Made by a program: the position numbers and the translations under genes. Under the pieces are notes generated by a model. That model did no database searches and had not been told where the DNA came from. It worked only from the letters and a program-made list of their open reading frames with translations. From contig NZ_JBFBGZ010000005.1 of NCBI RefSeq assembly GCF_040684925.1, positions 5,775 through 37,774 on the forward strand: DNA of 32,000 bases, in the 5' to 3' direction. The stretch is from Arthrobacter sp. NPDC089319. GTDB taxonomy: Bacteria > Actinomycetota > Actinomycetes > Actinomycetales > Micrococcaceae. Below, piece by piece: positions 17,289-24,475 of this stretch (position 1 is its first letter; each line of letters opens with the position of its first letter).

Positions 17289-18218
17289 ATGCCAGCCGGG
17301 GAGACACGCCAGATCGGTGACCGCATCGGGACTCTGCTGGACGCGCTCGGGGCCGGCGGCGCCGTCGCCCGCGGGCGCGCGGAGGATCTGGTCCGCGAGG
17401 TGGCTGACCTGTACGGGGCGGGGCTGGAACGGCTGCTGGAAATCCTCAGGGAGCGCGGCGTGCTTGATCCCGCCACCATGCAGGCGCTGACCGCGGATGA
17501 GCTGGTGTCCGCTGTGCTGCTCATCCACGGGCTGCACCCGCAGGATCTGCAGACCCGGGTTGCCGCCGCATTGGACAGCGTCCGGCCCTACCTCGGCTCA
17601 CACGGCGGCGACGTGGAACTGCTGGAAATCAACGACGACGGCGTGGTGCGGCTGCGCCTGCTGGGCACCTGCCAGGGCTGCCCGTCGTCGTCCGTTACCC
17701 TCAAGTACGCGGTGGAGGACGCGATTGAAGCCGCCGCCCCGGAAGTGGCCGCGATCGAGGTGGTCGAGGCCGAAAGGGCCGCCGCCTCGCCGGCCGTGAT
17801 CCCCGTGGACGCACTGCTGGTCCGGCTGAACCGGGAACCCGATGGTTCCGGCGACCAGCCGGCGGGCTCCTGGGAACCGTTGCCCCAACTGGCCGAGCTT
17901 GAACCCGGGGAGGTGGCGGGCTTCCAGATCGGCGGCTATTCCCTGCTGGCCTGCCGGACCGGGCAGGACGTGTACGCCTACCGCGACTACTGCCCGCGCT
18001 GCACCCGCTCGCTGGAAGGCGCTACGCTGCAGCGGGCACTCGCGGCACCGGTCGGCGGCGGCCTGCTGCGCTGCCCGTCCTGCCGCAGCCACTTCGACGT
18101 GCGGCAGGCCGGCGCCTGTCTGGAGGACAAGGCCATGCATCTGGATCCGCTGCCGCTGCTGAGCCGCGGCGGCGTGATGTGCGTGGCCGTCCCGGTGTCC
18201 GCCGGTCACGGGGGCTGA
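17289..18218 (+). CDS. Fe-S protein: NifU C-terminal (Nfu) domain fused to a Rieske-fold-like domain with CxxC...CxxC
   Basis: The central part VRPYLGSHGGDVELLEINDDGVVRLRLLGTCQGCPSSSVTLKYAVEDAIE is an Nfu/NifU_C domain with CxxC. The C-terminal part WEPLPQLAELEPGEVAGFQIGGYSLLACR..VYAYRDYCPRCTRSLEG...LLRCPSCRSHFDVRQAG...PLPLL follows the Rieske/NirD-like topology, but with Cys in place of the His ligands. The ATG lies 6 nt after the hhyL stop. Confidence 0.8.
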   Translation: MPAGETRQIGDRIGTLLDALGAGGAVARGRAEDLVREVADLYGAGLERLLEILRERGVLDPATMQALTADELVSAVLLIHGLHPQDLQTRVAAALDSVRPYLGSHGGDVELLEINDDGVVRLRLLGTCQGCPSSSVTLKYAVEDAIEAAAPEVAAIEVVEAERAAASPAVIPVDALLVRLNREPDGSGDQPAGSWEPLPQLAELEPGEVAGFQIGGYSLLACRTGQDVYAYRDYCPRCTRSLEGATLQRALAAPVGGGLLRCPSCRSHFDVRQAGACLEDKAMHLDPLPLLSRGGVMCVAVPVSAGHGG

Positions 18219-18219
18219 G

Positions 18220-18876
18220 ATGGATATTGCGCTGCTGCGCAAGATCGCGGCCACCAAACGGACCGAGCCCGGTGCGCGCTGCGAAATGTGCGGCGAGCCC
18301 ATCGCGGAGCAACACCAGCATGTGGTCGATGTGGAAAGCCGCGGCATGCTGTGCACCTGCCGCCCGTGCTACCTGCTCTTCACTGACGCCTCCGCCTGGC
18401 TCCGCTACCGCGCCGTCCCCGACCGCTACCTTTCCTTCCCCGACTTCGAGCTCGGCCCCGGCCAGTGGGAGGAGCTCGAAATCCCGGTGGGTCTGGCCTT
18501 CTTCTTCCACAGTTCCAAGTTGGAGCGCACGGTCGCGTTCTATCCGGGCCCCGCGGGAGCCACCGAATCAGAACTTTCGCTGGAGGCATGGGGAGCGGTG
18601 TTAGCGCGCAATCCGCACCTGTCCGTCGCGGCCGCTGATACGGAGGCGCTGCTGATCCGCGGTCCGGGACCCGAGCGGGCACAGGCGGAGTGCTATCTGG
18701 TTCCGGTGGACGCCTGCTACGAACTGGTGGGCCAGCTGCGCCGTGTGTGGCGCGGGTTCGACGGCGGCCAGCAGTCCCGAGAGCAGCTCAGGATGTTCTT
18801 CGAGCAGGTCCAGAGCCGGTGCCGGCCGGTGCGCGAGGAGGACCGGGGCGGCGCCGGGCCGGGGGAGTTGCCGTGA
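18220..18876 (+). CDS. conserved hypothetical protein of group 1h hydrogenase loci (I believe DUF5947-like); N-terminal Cys cluster
   Basis: 218 aa. ATG is 1 nt after the preceding stop, and GC3 is high. Cys motifs CEMCGE...CTCRPC. No catalytic motif recognised. Confidence 0.7.
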   Translation: MDIALLRKIAATKRTEPGARCEMCGEPIAEQHQHVVDVESRGMLCTCRPCYLLFTDASAWLRYRAVPDRYLSFPDFELGPGQWEELEIPVGLAFFFHSSKLERTVAFYPGPAGATESELSLEAWGAVLARNPHLSVAAADTEALLIRGPGPERAQAECYLVPVDACYELVGQLRRVWRGFDGGQQSREQLRMFFEQVQSRCRPVREEDRGGAGPGELP

Positions 18877-19529
18877 CCGACTTGTCCTTCACGGTCCTCG
18901 ATATCCAGCCCGAGCCCTACTCGGCGGCACCCCAGCTGACGGCCCGGCTGCGGGTCACCGAGTCCAGCGGCGCCGTCGTCCATGCGATCGCGCTGCGCTG
19001 CCAGGTCCGCATTCTGCCGCAGCGGCGCGGCTACGGCCCGGGCGAGGAACCGGGGCTGCTGGATCTCTTCGGCGAGCGCGGCCGCTGGCCCTCGACGCTT
19101 AAGTCTTTCCTGTGGCTGCAGTGCAGCGCCCTCGTGCAGGGCTTTACCGACAGCACCGAGGTTGAGCTGCCGCTTCCTTGCACCTTCGATTTCGAGGTCG
19201 CGGCGTCCAAATACCTGAACGCCCTGCAGGAGGGCATGATCCCGCTGGAATTGCTGTTCTCCGGCACCGTCTTCACCAAGGGCCAAACCGGGTTCACGGT
19301 GGAACAGGTTCCGTGGGACCTCGAGGCCTCCCACCAGCTGCCGGTGGAGGCCTGGCGCCGGCTCATGGACCTGCACTTCCCCAACACCGGCTGGCTCCGG
19401 CTGGACCGCGAGGTGCTCGCATCGTTGGCCCATTTCAAGGCAGTCCGGGGCCTTACCTCGTGGGAGGCAACCATTCAGGCACTGCTGGCCGGCGCCACCG
19501 CAGACGTTATGGGTGAGCCGCCGCGATGA
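18873..19529 (+). CDS. conserved hypothetical protein of group 1h hydrogenase loci (I believe DUF6084-like)
   Basis: GTG 18873 overlaps the upstream TGA (GTGA). VTDLSFTVLDIQPEPYSAAPQLTARLRV...; 218 aa, beta-rich. The portion of the 18690 ORF upstream of 18873 is out-of-frame overlap with the preceding gene. Confidence 0.7.
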   Translation: MTDLSFTVLDIQPEPYSAAPQLTARLRVTESSGAVVHAIALRCQVRILPQRRGYGPGEEPGLLDLFGERGRWPSTLKSFLWLQCSALVQGFTDSTEVELPLPCTFDFEVAASKYLNALQEGMIPLELLFSGTVFTKGQTGFTVEQVPWDLEASHQLPVEAWRRLMDLHFPNTGWLRLDREVLASLAHFKAVRGLTSWEATIQALLAGATADVMGEPPR

Positions 19530-20974
19530 ACATGGGACTGAGCCTGGCCCGCGCCGTCGCCGATGCAGTCCTCTACGAGGGGTACCTGCTCTACCCGTAC
19601 CGCGCATCGTCCCGGAAGAACCAGGCACGCTGGCAGTTCGGTATCCTCGGCCCGCCCGGCGCCGCGGCGGCGGGGGTCGGTGAGGAACCGTACCTGTCCG
19701 CGGACTGCCTGCTCACGGCCGGCCGGAACGCAGCGCTGGAGGTGCACTTGCGCTTCCTCCAGCTGCAGACCCGTACCGTGGAGGAAAAGTGCGACGACGG
19801 CGCGTTCAGGGCCGTCGGACAGCTCATCCTGGGTGCCACCCAGTGGCTGACCTGGGATGAAGCCGTGGAGCAGGAAATTGCCTTGGGCCCGTTCACGTTG
19901 GCGGATCTGGCCGGCCCGCAGGGAGGCGGGCTGGCGCTGCCGGTCGACGTGCCGGCCGGCCGGGACACAGAGCTGCTCACCGACAGCGTGGGGCAGATCG
20001 CCGGGCGGCTGGAGCGGCGCCGTCGTCGGCTCCGTGGAGAGGTCAGGCTGACCGCTACGCCACACGGCGACGGAATCGTTCGGCTGCGCGTCACCGCGGA
20101 AAACCTCGGTCCTGCTACGGACATGCCCGGAGGCGCAGACAAACAGGATGCGATCGCCTCCTCCTTCATCGGAACCCACGCCCTGCTGACCCTGCAGGAC
20201 GGGGATTTCCTCTCCCTGCTCGACCCGCCGGAAGCGGCAGCAGCCGCGGCGCAATCCTGCACGCAGCACCGCTGCTGGCCGGTCCTCGCCGGACCCGAAG
20301 GCCAGACCGACGTGCTGCTCATCTCGCCCATCATCCTCTACGACCACCCCGCCATCGCGCCGGAAAGCTCGGTGGAACTGTATGACTCGACGGAGATCGA
20401 CGAGATTCTCACCCTGCGGGTGCTGACCTTGACGGACGAGGAAAAGGCAGAGGCCCGCGCCACCGATCCGCGGGCGGCAGCGGTGATCGATCGCTGCGCC
20501 GCGATGTCGCCCGAGGAACTGCAGCAGCTGCACGGCGTCCTGCGCGATCCCCACGCCCCGGCCTTCCCGACGCTCACCGAAGAACCGGCGGCCGGATCCG
20601 CGCACAACAGCGGACCCGGGAGCCTCCCGTGGTGGGATCCCGCGGCGGACGCCAGCGTCCATCCCGACGAGGACGCCGTGCTGATCGGAAGCGTTCCGGT
20701 CGCCCGCGGCAGCCGGGTGCGGGTGAAACCGGGCCGGCGGGCAGATGCGCAGGATCTCTTCTTCGCCGGCCAGTCGGCGAGGGTCACCAGCGTCCATTTT
20801 GACGTCGACGGCAGCACTCATGTCGGCCTGGTCTTCGAAGAGGACCCCGCAGCCGACCTGCACGAGGGCTACGGCCGTTCCTTCTACTACGCGCCGGACG
20901 AACTGGAGCCTCTTGATCCGGCCCCGTCCGGCGGACTGACCGAAACCCAGCACGGAAGGGACAACCAATCATGA
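19526..20974 (+). CDS. conserved hypothetical protein (482 aa) of group 1h hydrogenase loci
   Basis: ATGA start/stop overlap at 19526-19529, and high GC3. N-terminal AVLYEGYLLYPYRASSRKNQARWQFGILGP. The C-terminal ~90 aa are beta-rich (VRVKPGRRADAQDLFFAGQSARVTSVHFDVDGSTHVGLVFEED). No known motif recognised. Confidence 0.7.
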   Translation: MNMGLSLARAVADAVLYEGYLLYPYRASSRKNQARWQFGILGPPGAAAAGVGEEPYLSADCLLTAGRNAALEVHLRFLQLQTRTVEEKCDDGAFRAVGQLILGATQWLTWDEAVEQEIALGPFTLADLAGPQGGGLALPVDVPAGRDTELLTDSVGQIAGRLERRRRRLRGEVRLTATPHGDGIVRLRVTAENLGPATDMPGGADKQDAIASSFIGTHALLTLQDGDFLSLLDPPEAAAAAAQSCTQHRCWPVLAGPEGQTDVLLISPIILYDHPAIAPESSVELYDSTEIDEILTLRVLTLTDEEKAEARATDPRAAAVIDRCAAMSPEELQQLHGVLRDPHAPAFPTLTEEPAAGSAHNSGPGSLPWWDPAADASVHPDEDAVLIGSVPVARGSRVRVKPGRRADAQDLFFAGQSARVTSVHFDVDGSTHVGLVFEEDPAADLHEGYGRSFYYAPDELEPLDPAPSGGLTETQHGRDNQS

Positions 20975-21090
20975 GAGCTGTAGGCATGGTGGCCACGGGC
21001 CTGCTATCCGCCGTCGCGCTCGGCCTCGTCTACGTCGGGCTGCGGTCGCTCCCGGACATCCGGCGCTACCTGAAGGTGAGCCGGATGTGA
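20971..21090 (+). CDS. 39-aa single-pass membrane micro-protein (not in the ORF track)
   Basis: My translation: MRAVGMVATGLLSAVALGLVYVGLRSLPDIRRYLKVSRM. Its ATG overlaps the upstream stop (ATGA, 20971-20974). Its stop overlaps the GTG of the protease gene (ATGTGA, 21085-21090). It has one hydrophobic helix followed by a basic tail, and third-position GC like the neighbouring genes. Confidence 0.55.
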   Translation: MRAVGMVATGLLSAVALGLVYVGLRSLPDIRRYLKVSRM

Positions 21091-21629
21091 AGACCCGGTT
21101 CCAACCGCGCCCAGCCGTCGGCGGCACCGCCGCGGACCTCACCGGACGGACCCTGGTGGCCGGCGTCGGCAACATGTTCCTGCGCGACGACGGCTTCGGT
21201 CCGGAGGTCGCCCGGCGCCTGAGCGCAGCCGCGGCCGGTCAGCGGCCCGGAGTGCAAGTGGTCGACTATGGAATCCGGGGGATGCATCTGGCCTACGACC
21301 TGCTGGCCGGGGTGGACGCGCTGGTCCTGGTGGATACCGTCCCTCCCGATGCGCACGATGCACAACCGGGAAGCATCCGGGTCCTTCGCGTCGGTGCCGA
21401 AGACCTCGCGGAAGCAGGGCCGCTGGATCCTCATGGCATGGATCCCGCCGCGGTGTTGAACCGGCTGCGTTCACTTGGCGGCACACTGCCGCCAACTTAC
21501 GTCGTCGGCTGCGTGCCGGCCGATACGACGGAAGGCATCGGGCTCTCGCCGGCGGTCGCTGCCGCTGTGCCGAAGGCGATGGCCGTCGTCGTCACGCTCC
21601 TCGAAGACAACGTTCCCCATCCCAGCTAA
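21087..21629 (+). CDS. [NiFe]-hydrogenase maturation endopeptidase (HyaD/HybD/HupD family)
   Basis: LVAGVGNMFLRDDGFGPEVARRL..VVDYGIRGMHLAYDLL..DALVLVD...LDPHGMDP carries the family motifs GxGNxxxxDDGxG and the metal-binding Asp/His; 180 aa. Confidence 0.85.
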   Translation: MKTRFQPRPAVGGTAADLTGRTLVAGVGNMFLRDDGFGPEVARRLSAAAAGQRPGVQVVDYGIRGMHLAYDLLAGVDALVLVDTVPPDAHDAQPGSIRVLRVGAEDLAEAGPLDPHGMDPAAVLNRLRSLGGTLPPTYVVGCVPADTTEGIGLSPAVAAAVPKAMAVVVTLLEDNVPHPS

Positions 21630-21641
21630 GGAGGTACCGCC

Positions 21642-21899
21642 ATGTGCCTAGGAATACCGGGGCGGGTCATCGGGCTCATTGAAGGTTACGGAGGCCAGCT
21701 CGCCCTCGTGGATGTTGCCGGCGCGGAGCGGAAAATCAACATTGGGCTGCTGGACGACGGCCCACCCGAAGTCGGCAGCTGGATCCTGATCCACATGGGC
21801 TTCGCCTTGGAACGGGTGGATGCAGAGGGCGCGGAGGAGGCGATGAACGGCCTCGAATTGATGGGGCAAGAGCGGGATCCCGGCGGCAGATTGCCCTAG
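21642..21899 (+). CDS. hypC: hydrogenase assembly chaperone HypC/HybG/HupF
   Basis: N-terminal MCLGIPGRV with the essential Cys2; 85 aa; SD AAGGAGG upstream. Confidence 0.9.
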   Translation: MCLGIPGRVIGLIEGYGGQLALVDVAGAERKINIGLLDDGPPEVGSWILIHMGFALERVDAEGAEEAMNGLELMGQERDPGGRLP

Positions 21900-21963
21900 A
21901 CCGCGATTGCTGGAATTCGAACAGCACTGTTCATTCCAGCACCGACTATTTGAGGAGGAGACC

Positions 21964-22320
21964 ATGTCAGAGGACCACCCGTCCGAGACCGGTGAACAGC
22001 GGGAACACGAGACCGACCGGCAGGGCAACGACAACAAGGGCGCAGCCCGCGCCTGGGGTAGCGAACCTCCGGCGAAAGAACCGGAGCAACCCGGCCAGGA
22101 GGAGACTCCCGACGACGCCAGGATGGCTCCGGAAGGAGTCGGCACGAGCATGACCCGCGGCGGCGAAGAAGTGGCCGGGCAGGACGGCAAAGAGCCGGGC
22201 CGGGAAGACACCGGGACCCAGGGTGCATCCGGACGCCCGACGGGCACGTCAACGCCCCGCGATTCCAGCGGGGTCGACACCGATGAGGCCTCGGGGGAGG
22301 CCGCGCCACAGGCGCCGTAG
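21964..22320 (+). CDS. acidic, low-complexity (probably disordered) small protein, function unknown
   Basis: Strong SD GAGGAGGAG 3-4 nt upstream of ATG 21964. 118 aa rich in E/D/G/P/T (MSEDHPSETGEQREHETDRQGNDNKG...KEPGREDTGTQGASGRPTGTSTPRDSSGVD). GC3 is consistent with coding. Confidence 0.5.
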   Translation: MSEDHPSETGEQREHETDRQGNDNKGAARAWGSEPPAKEPEQPGQEETPDDARMAPEGVGTSMTRGGEEVAGQDGKEPGREDTGTQGASGRPTGTSTPRDSSGVDTDEASGEAAPQAP

Positions 22321-22326
22321 TCCTTG

Positions 22327-22345
22327 GTTGCCCGCCCGGGGCAAC
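22327..22345. terminator. hairpin between convergent genes (possible bidirectional terminator)
   Basis: GTTGCCC (22327-22333), loop GCCCG, GGGCAAC (22339-22345). No clear U-tract. Confidence 0.3.
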
Positions 22346-22371
22346 GTTCCCGAGGCTAAGGCTCCCGGGAG

Positions 22372-23145
22372 CTAATGTTCGAGCGCGATCGCCGCGCCCC
22401 GATGCTCGACGCCCTTGTTGGCGATGTCCAGGTGCCGGGCGGTGAAGTGCTGCAGTTGCCGCAGACCTCGCGGGGTCAGGACATCACACACCCAGTCCCA
22501 ATGGAGGGAGACGACATCGCCGACGTTGAGCGTCTCCACGAAACCCGTCCCCGCCACGGCGTATTTCGCGGTCTCGACCACCGGTTCGCCGACGGAGAGA
22601 AACGTACCGTTCCAGACCAGCTGAGGCGAGCTGACCACGGCCTCGTCGCCCGCAAGGCCGCGGACCTGTCCCCAGCGGATCCGGCAGCGGTCCAGCACGG
22701 TGAGCGCGGTGGCGTACCGCCGCTCGTCACGCAGCAGGCCCAGCCACGGGTAAATCTCGAGGACATGGAAGCTGTGGTGGGGAACGCCGCCGGCGAGGAC
22801 CCCTTCCACCAAGTGCGGGAACTGTTGGCCGGTCCGAGCGCGGAAGCGGTCCTCCATGGAATTGCCCATGTTCCGAATCCCCACGGAATCCAACAGGTCA
22901 TTGCCCACCCAATAGGCCTCGACAACGCGGCGGTCCAATGGATCCGGGATGCCGTTCGCTCCGGCGATCAGCTCCAGGTACGGGTAGGCGCCGGCGAAAC
23001 CTTTCGCGAGTTCCCGGAGCCCCTGATCGGTCACACCCGTCTGTCCGTAGTGGAGAAGCGCGTCGCTGTCCGGTGGACCGCAGCTGCCCCGGGAATTGGG
23101 CGGGTAAGCGTAACGGACAAACAACTGGGCGCCGTCGATGACCAT
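22372..23145 (-). CDS. conserved hypothetical protein (I believe DUF6390-like), commonly seen near actinobacterial hyp/hhy genes
   Basis: Start ATG 23145 with SD GGAAGGTGG upstream. MVIDGAQLFVRYAYPPNSRGSCGPPDS...; 257 aa. The ORF-track extension to 23646 runs antisense through the ABC-transporter leader and SBP gene and is rejected. Confidence 0.65.
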   Translation of the reverse strand: MVIDGAQLFVRYAYPPNSRGSCGPPDSDALLHYGQTGVTDQGLRELAKGFAGAYPYLELIAGANGIPDPLDRRVVEAYWVGNDLLDSVGIRNMGNSMEDRFRARTGQQFPHLVEGVLAGGVPHHSFHVLEIYPWLGLLRDERRYATALTVLDRCRIRWGQVRGLAGDEAVVSSPQLVWNGTFLSVGEPVVETAKYAVAGTGFVETLNVGDVVSLHWDWVCDVLTPRGLRQLQHFTARHLDIANKGVEHRGAAIALEH

Positions 23146-23341
23146 GATGTGCCACCTTCCGCTGATGCGTGTTTTGACGGTAGCACCGGGGTTGACACAC
23201 CGGCAAGGAACATGGACGGGCCCCGTCGAGTCGTTGACAGGCCTGATCCCGAGGGCGATGCTGTTTACACTGAAGCGCCGCGGCCTCAGCATCCCTGATG
23301 CCCGCAACGGCGCAAGGCGACAGCATCCGGGGAGCGTACCC

Positions 23342-24475
23342 ATGAACGCTGAAATCAACCGCCGGTCAATCCTGCAGGTCATCGGACTGGGCGGCGGCGT
23401 CGCCTTTCTAGCCGGCTGCGGTGCCGGCCGCACGGCACCGGCACAGACCGAAGGCAGTACGTCTGCAGGCATCAGCTTCCGTGACCAACAGGGCCGGACC
23501 ATCTCTTTCGACCGGCCGGTCACCCGTGTGGTGACCATCCCCATGCCGGCCGCCTCACTGCTGGTGGCGGTGGACGGCGGCGCAGACCATCTGGCCGCCA
23601 TGCACAACGCATCCTGGGTCGCCATGCGCGACGGCATCCTCGGCACGATGTTCCCCCAGGCCCTTCAGCTTCCACATGAGATCGCCACACAGGATTTCAC
23701 GCCCAACGTCGAGAGCGTACGGGCGCTGGACCCCGACGTCGTCATCCAATGGAGCGATGCCCAGCTGGTGGCCCCCTTGGAAAACGCAGGGTTGAAAGTG
23801 GTCGGTTTGGTCAACAACGGCACGCAGGAGGACGTGGACGCGTGGATCGCCATGTTTTCCGCCATGCTCGGGAAGCCCGAACGGGCCACAGAGATCAAGG
23901 AGCACAGCGACCGGGAACTCGCCGAGGTCAAGGAACTCGCGGCCGGGCGCAGCGGCCCCGGCCCCAGCATCCTGTACTTCAACCGGTTTGAGGGCGGACT
24001 CAAAGCCGCGGCCGCCAAGACCTACAACGACTTCTACATCAAGCTGGTAGGCGGCAGCAATCCCGCCACCGGCGAGGACGCCCTGCCTGGTACCGGGATG
24101 GTGGGACTGGACGTGGAACAGGTCCTGAGCTGGGACCCGGAGGTCATCCTGCTGGGTAATTTCGACGGCGCCATGCCGCAGGACGTCTACAACGATCCGG
24201 TCTGGAAGAACGTCGCAGCGGTCCAGTCCCGGCGGGTCTACAAGGTACCGCTCGGCGGCTATCGCTGGGATCCACCAGGCCAGGAATCGCCGCTCATGTG
24301 GCACTGGCTGAGCGGCATCGCCTTCCCGCAGGAGCAGTCCGGCTTGCGCGGCAAAGTAGCCGACTACTACCGGATGCTCTACAACTACCGGCCCACCAAC
24401 GCGGACCTCGATCGGATCCTCTGGACCGAGCAGAACCGCCAATCCGCCGACTATCAGCAGTTCAATGCTGGATGA
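23342..24475 (+). CDS. ABC transporter substrate-binding lipoprotein, Fe-siderophore/cobalamin (FecB/BtuF, cluster A-II) type
   Basis: MNAEINRRSILQVIGLGGGVAFLAGC has a twin-Arg-like n-region plus lipobox; 377 aa. ...RVVTIPMPAASLLVAVDGG... and ...WDPEVILLGNFDG... are typical of this periplasmic-binding-protein class. Followed by a FecCD permease and an ATPase. Confidence 0.8.
   Translation: MNAEINRRSILQVIGLGGGVAFLAGCGAGRTAPAQTEGSTSAGISFRDQQGRTISFDRPVTRVVTIPMPAASLLVAVDGGADHLAAMHNASWVAMRDGILGTMFPQALQLPHEIATQDFTPNVESVRALDPDVVIQWSDAQLVAPLENAGLKVVGLVNNGTQEDVDAWIAMFSAMLGKPERATEIKEHSDRELAEVKELAAGRSGPGPSILYFNRFEGGLKAAAAKTYNDFYIKLVGGSNPATGEDALPGTGMVGLDVEQVLSWDPEVILLGNFDGAMPQDVYNDPVWKNVAAVQSRRVYKVPLGGYRWDPPGQESPLMWHWLSGIAFPQEQSGLRGKVADYYRMLYNYRPTNADLDRILWTEQNRQSADYQQFNAG

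Noticed and set aside
15321-17537. 738-aa ORF on the minus strand
   Set aside because: It is entirely antisense to hhyL and neighbouring genes. The sequence is Arg/Gly/Ala/Pro/Val-rich with no motif. Long antisense ORFs of this kind are typical of high-GC genomes, and the plus-strand gene has unambiguous [NiFe] motifs.
19475-20968. 497-aa ORF on the minus strand
   Set aside because: Antisense to the 482-aa operon gene. It has no SD, a low-complexity composition, and would break the tight plus-strand operon.
23146-23341. Calling the ABC leader a cobalamin riboswitch
   Set aside because: Only a short CCCGCAACGG-like stretch resembles the consensus. I could not find the GGTG..AA.TCC / B12-box elements by eye, so it is reported only as a structured leader that needs a covariance-model search.
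23146-23646. Upstream extension of the DUF6390-like ORF to 23646
   Set aside because: The extension runs antisense through the ABC leader and the SBP N-terminus. ATG 23145 has a good SD, and the homologous-looking sequence starts there.
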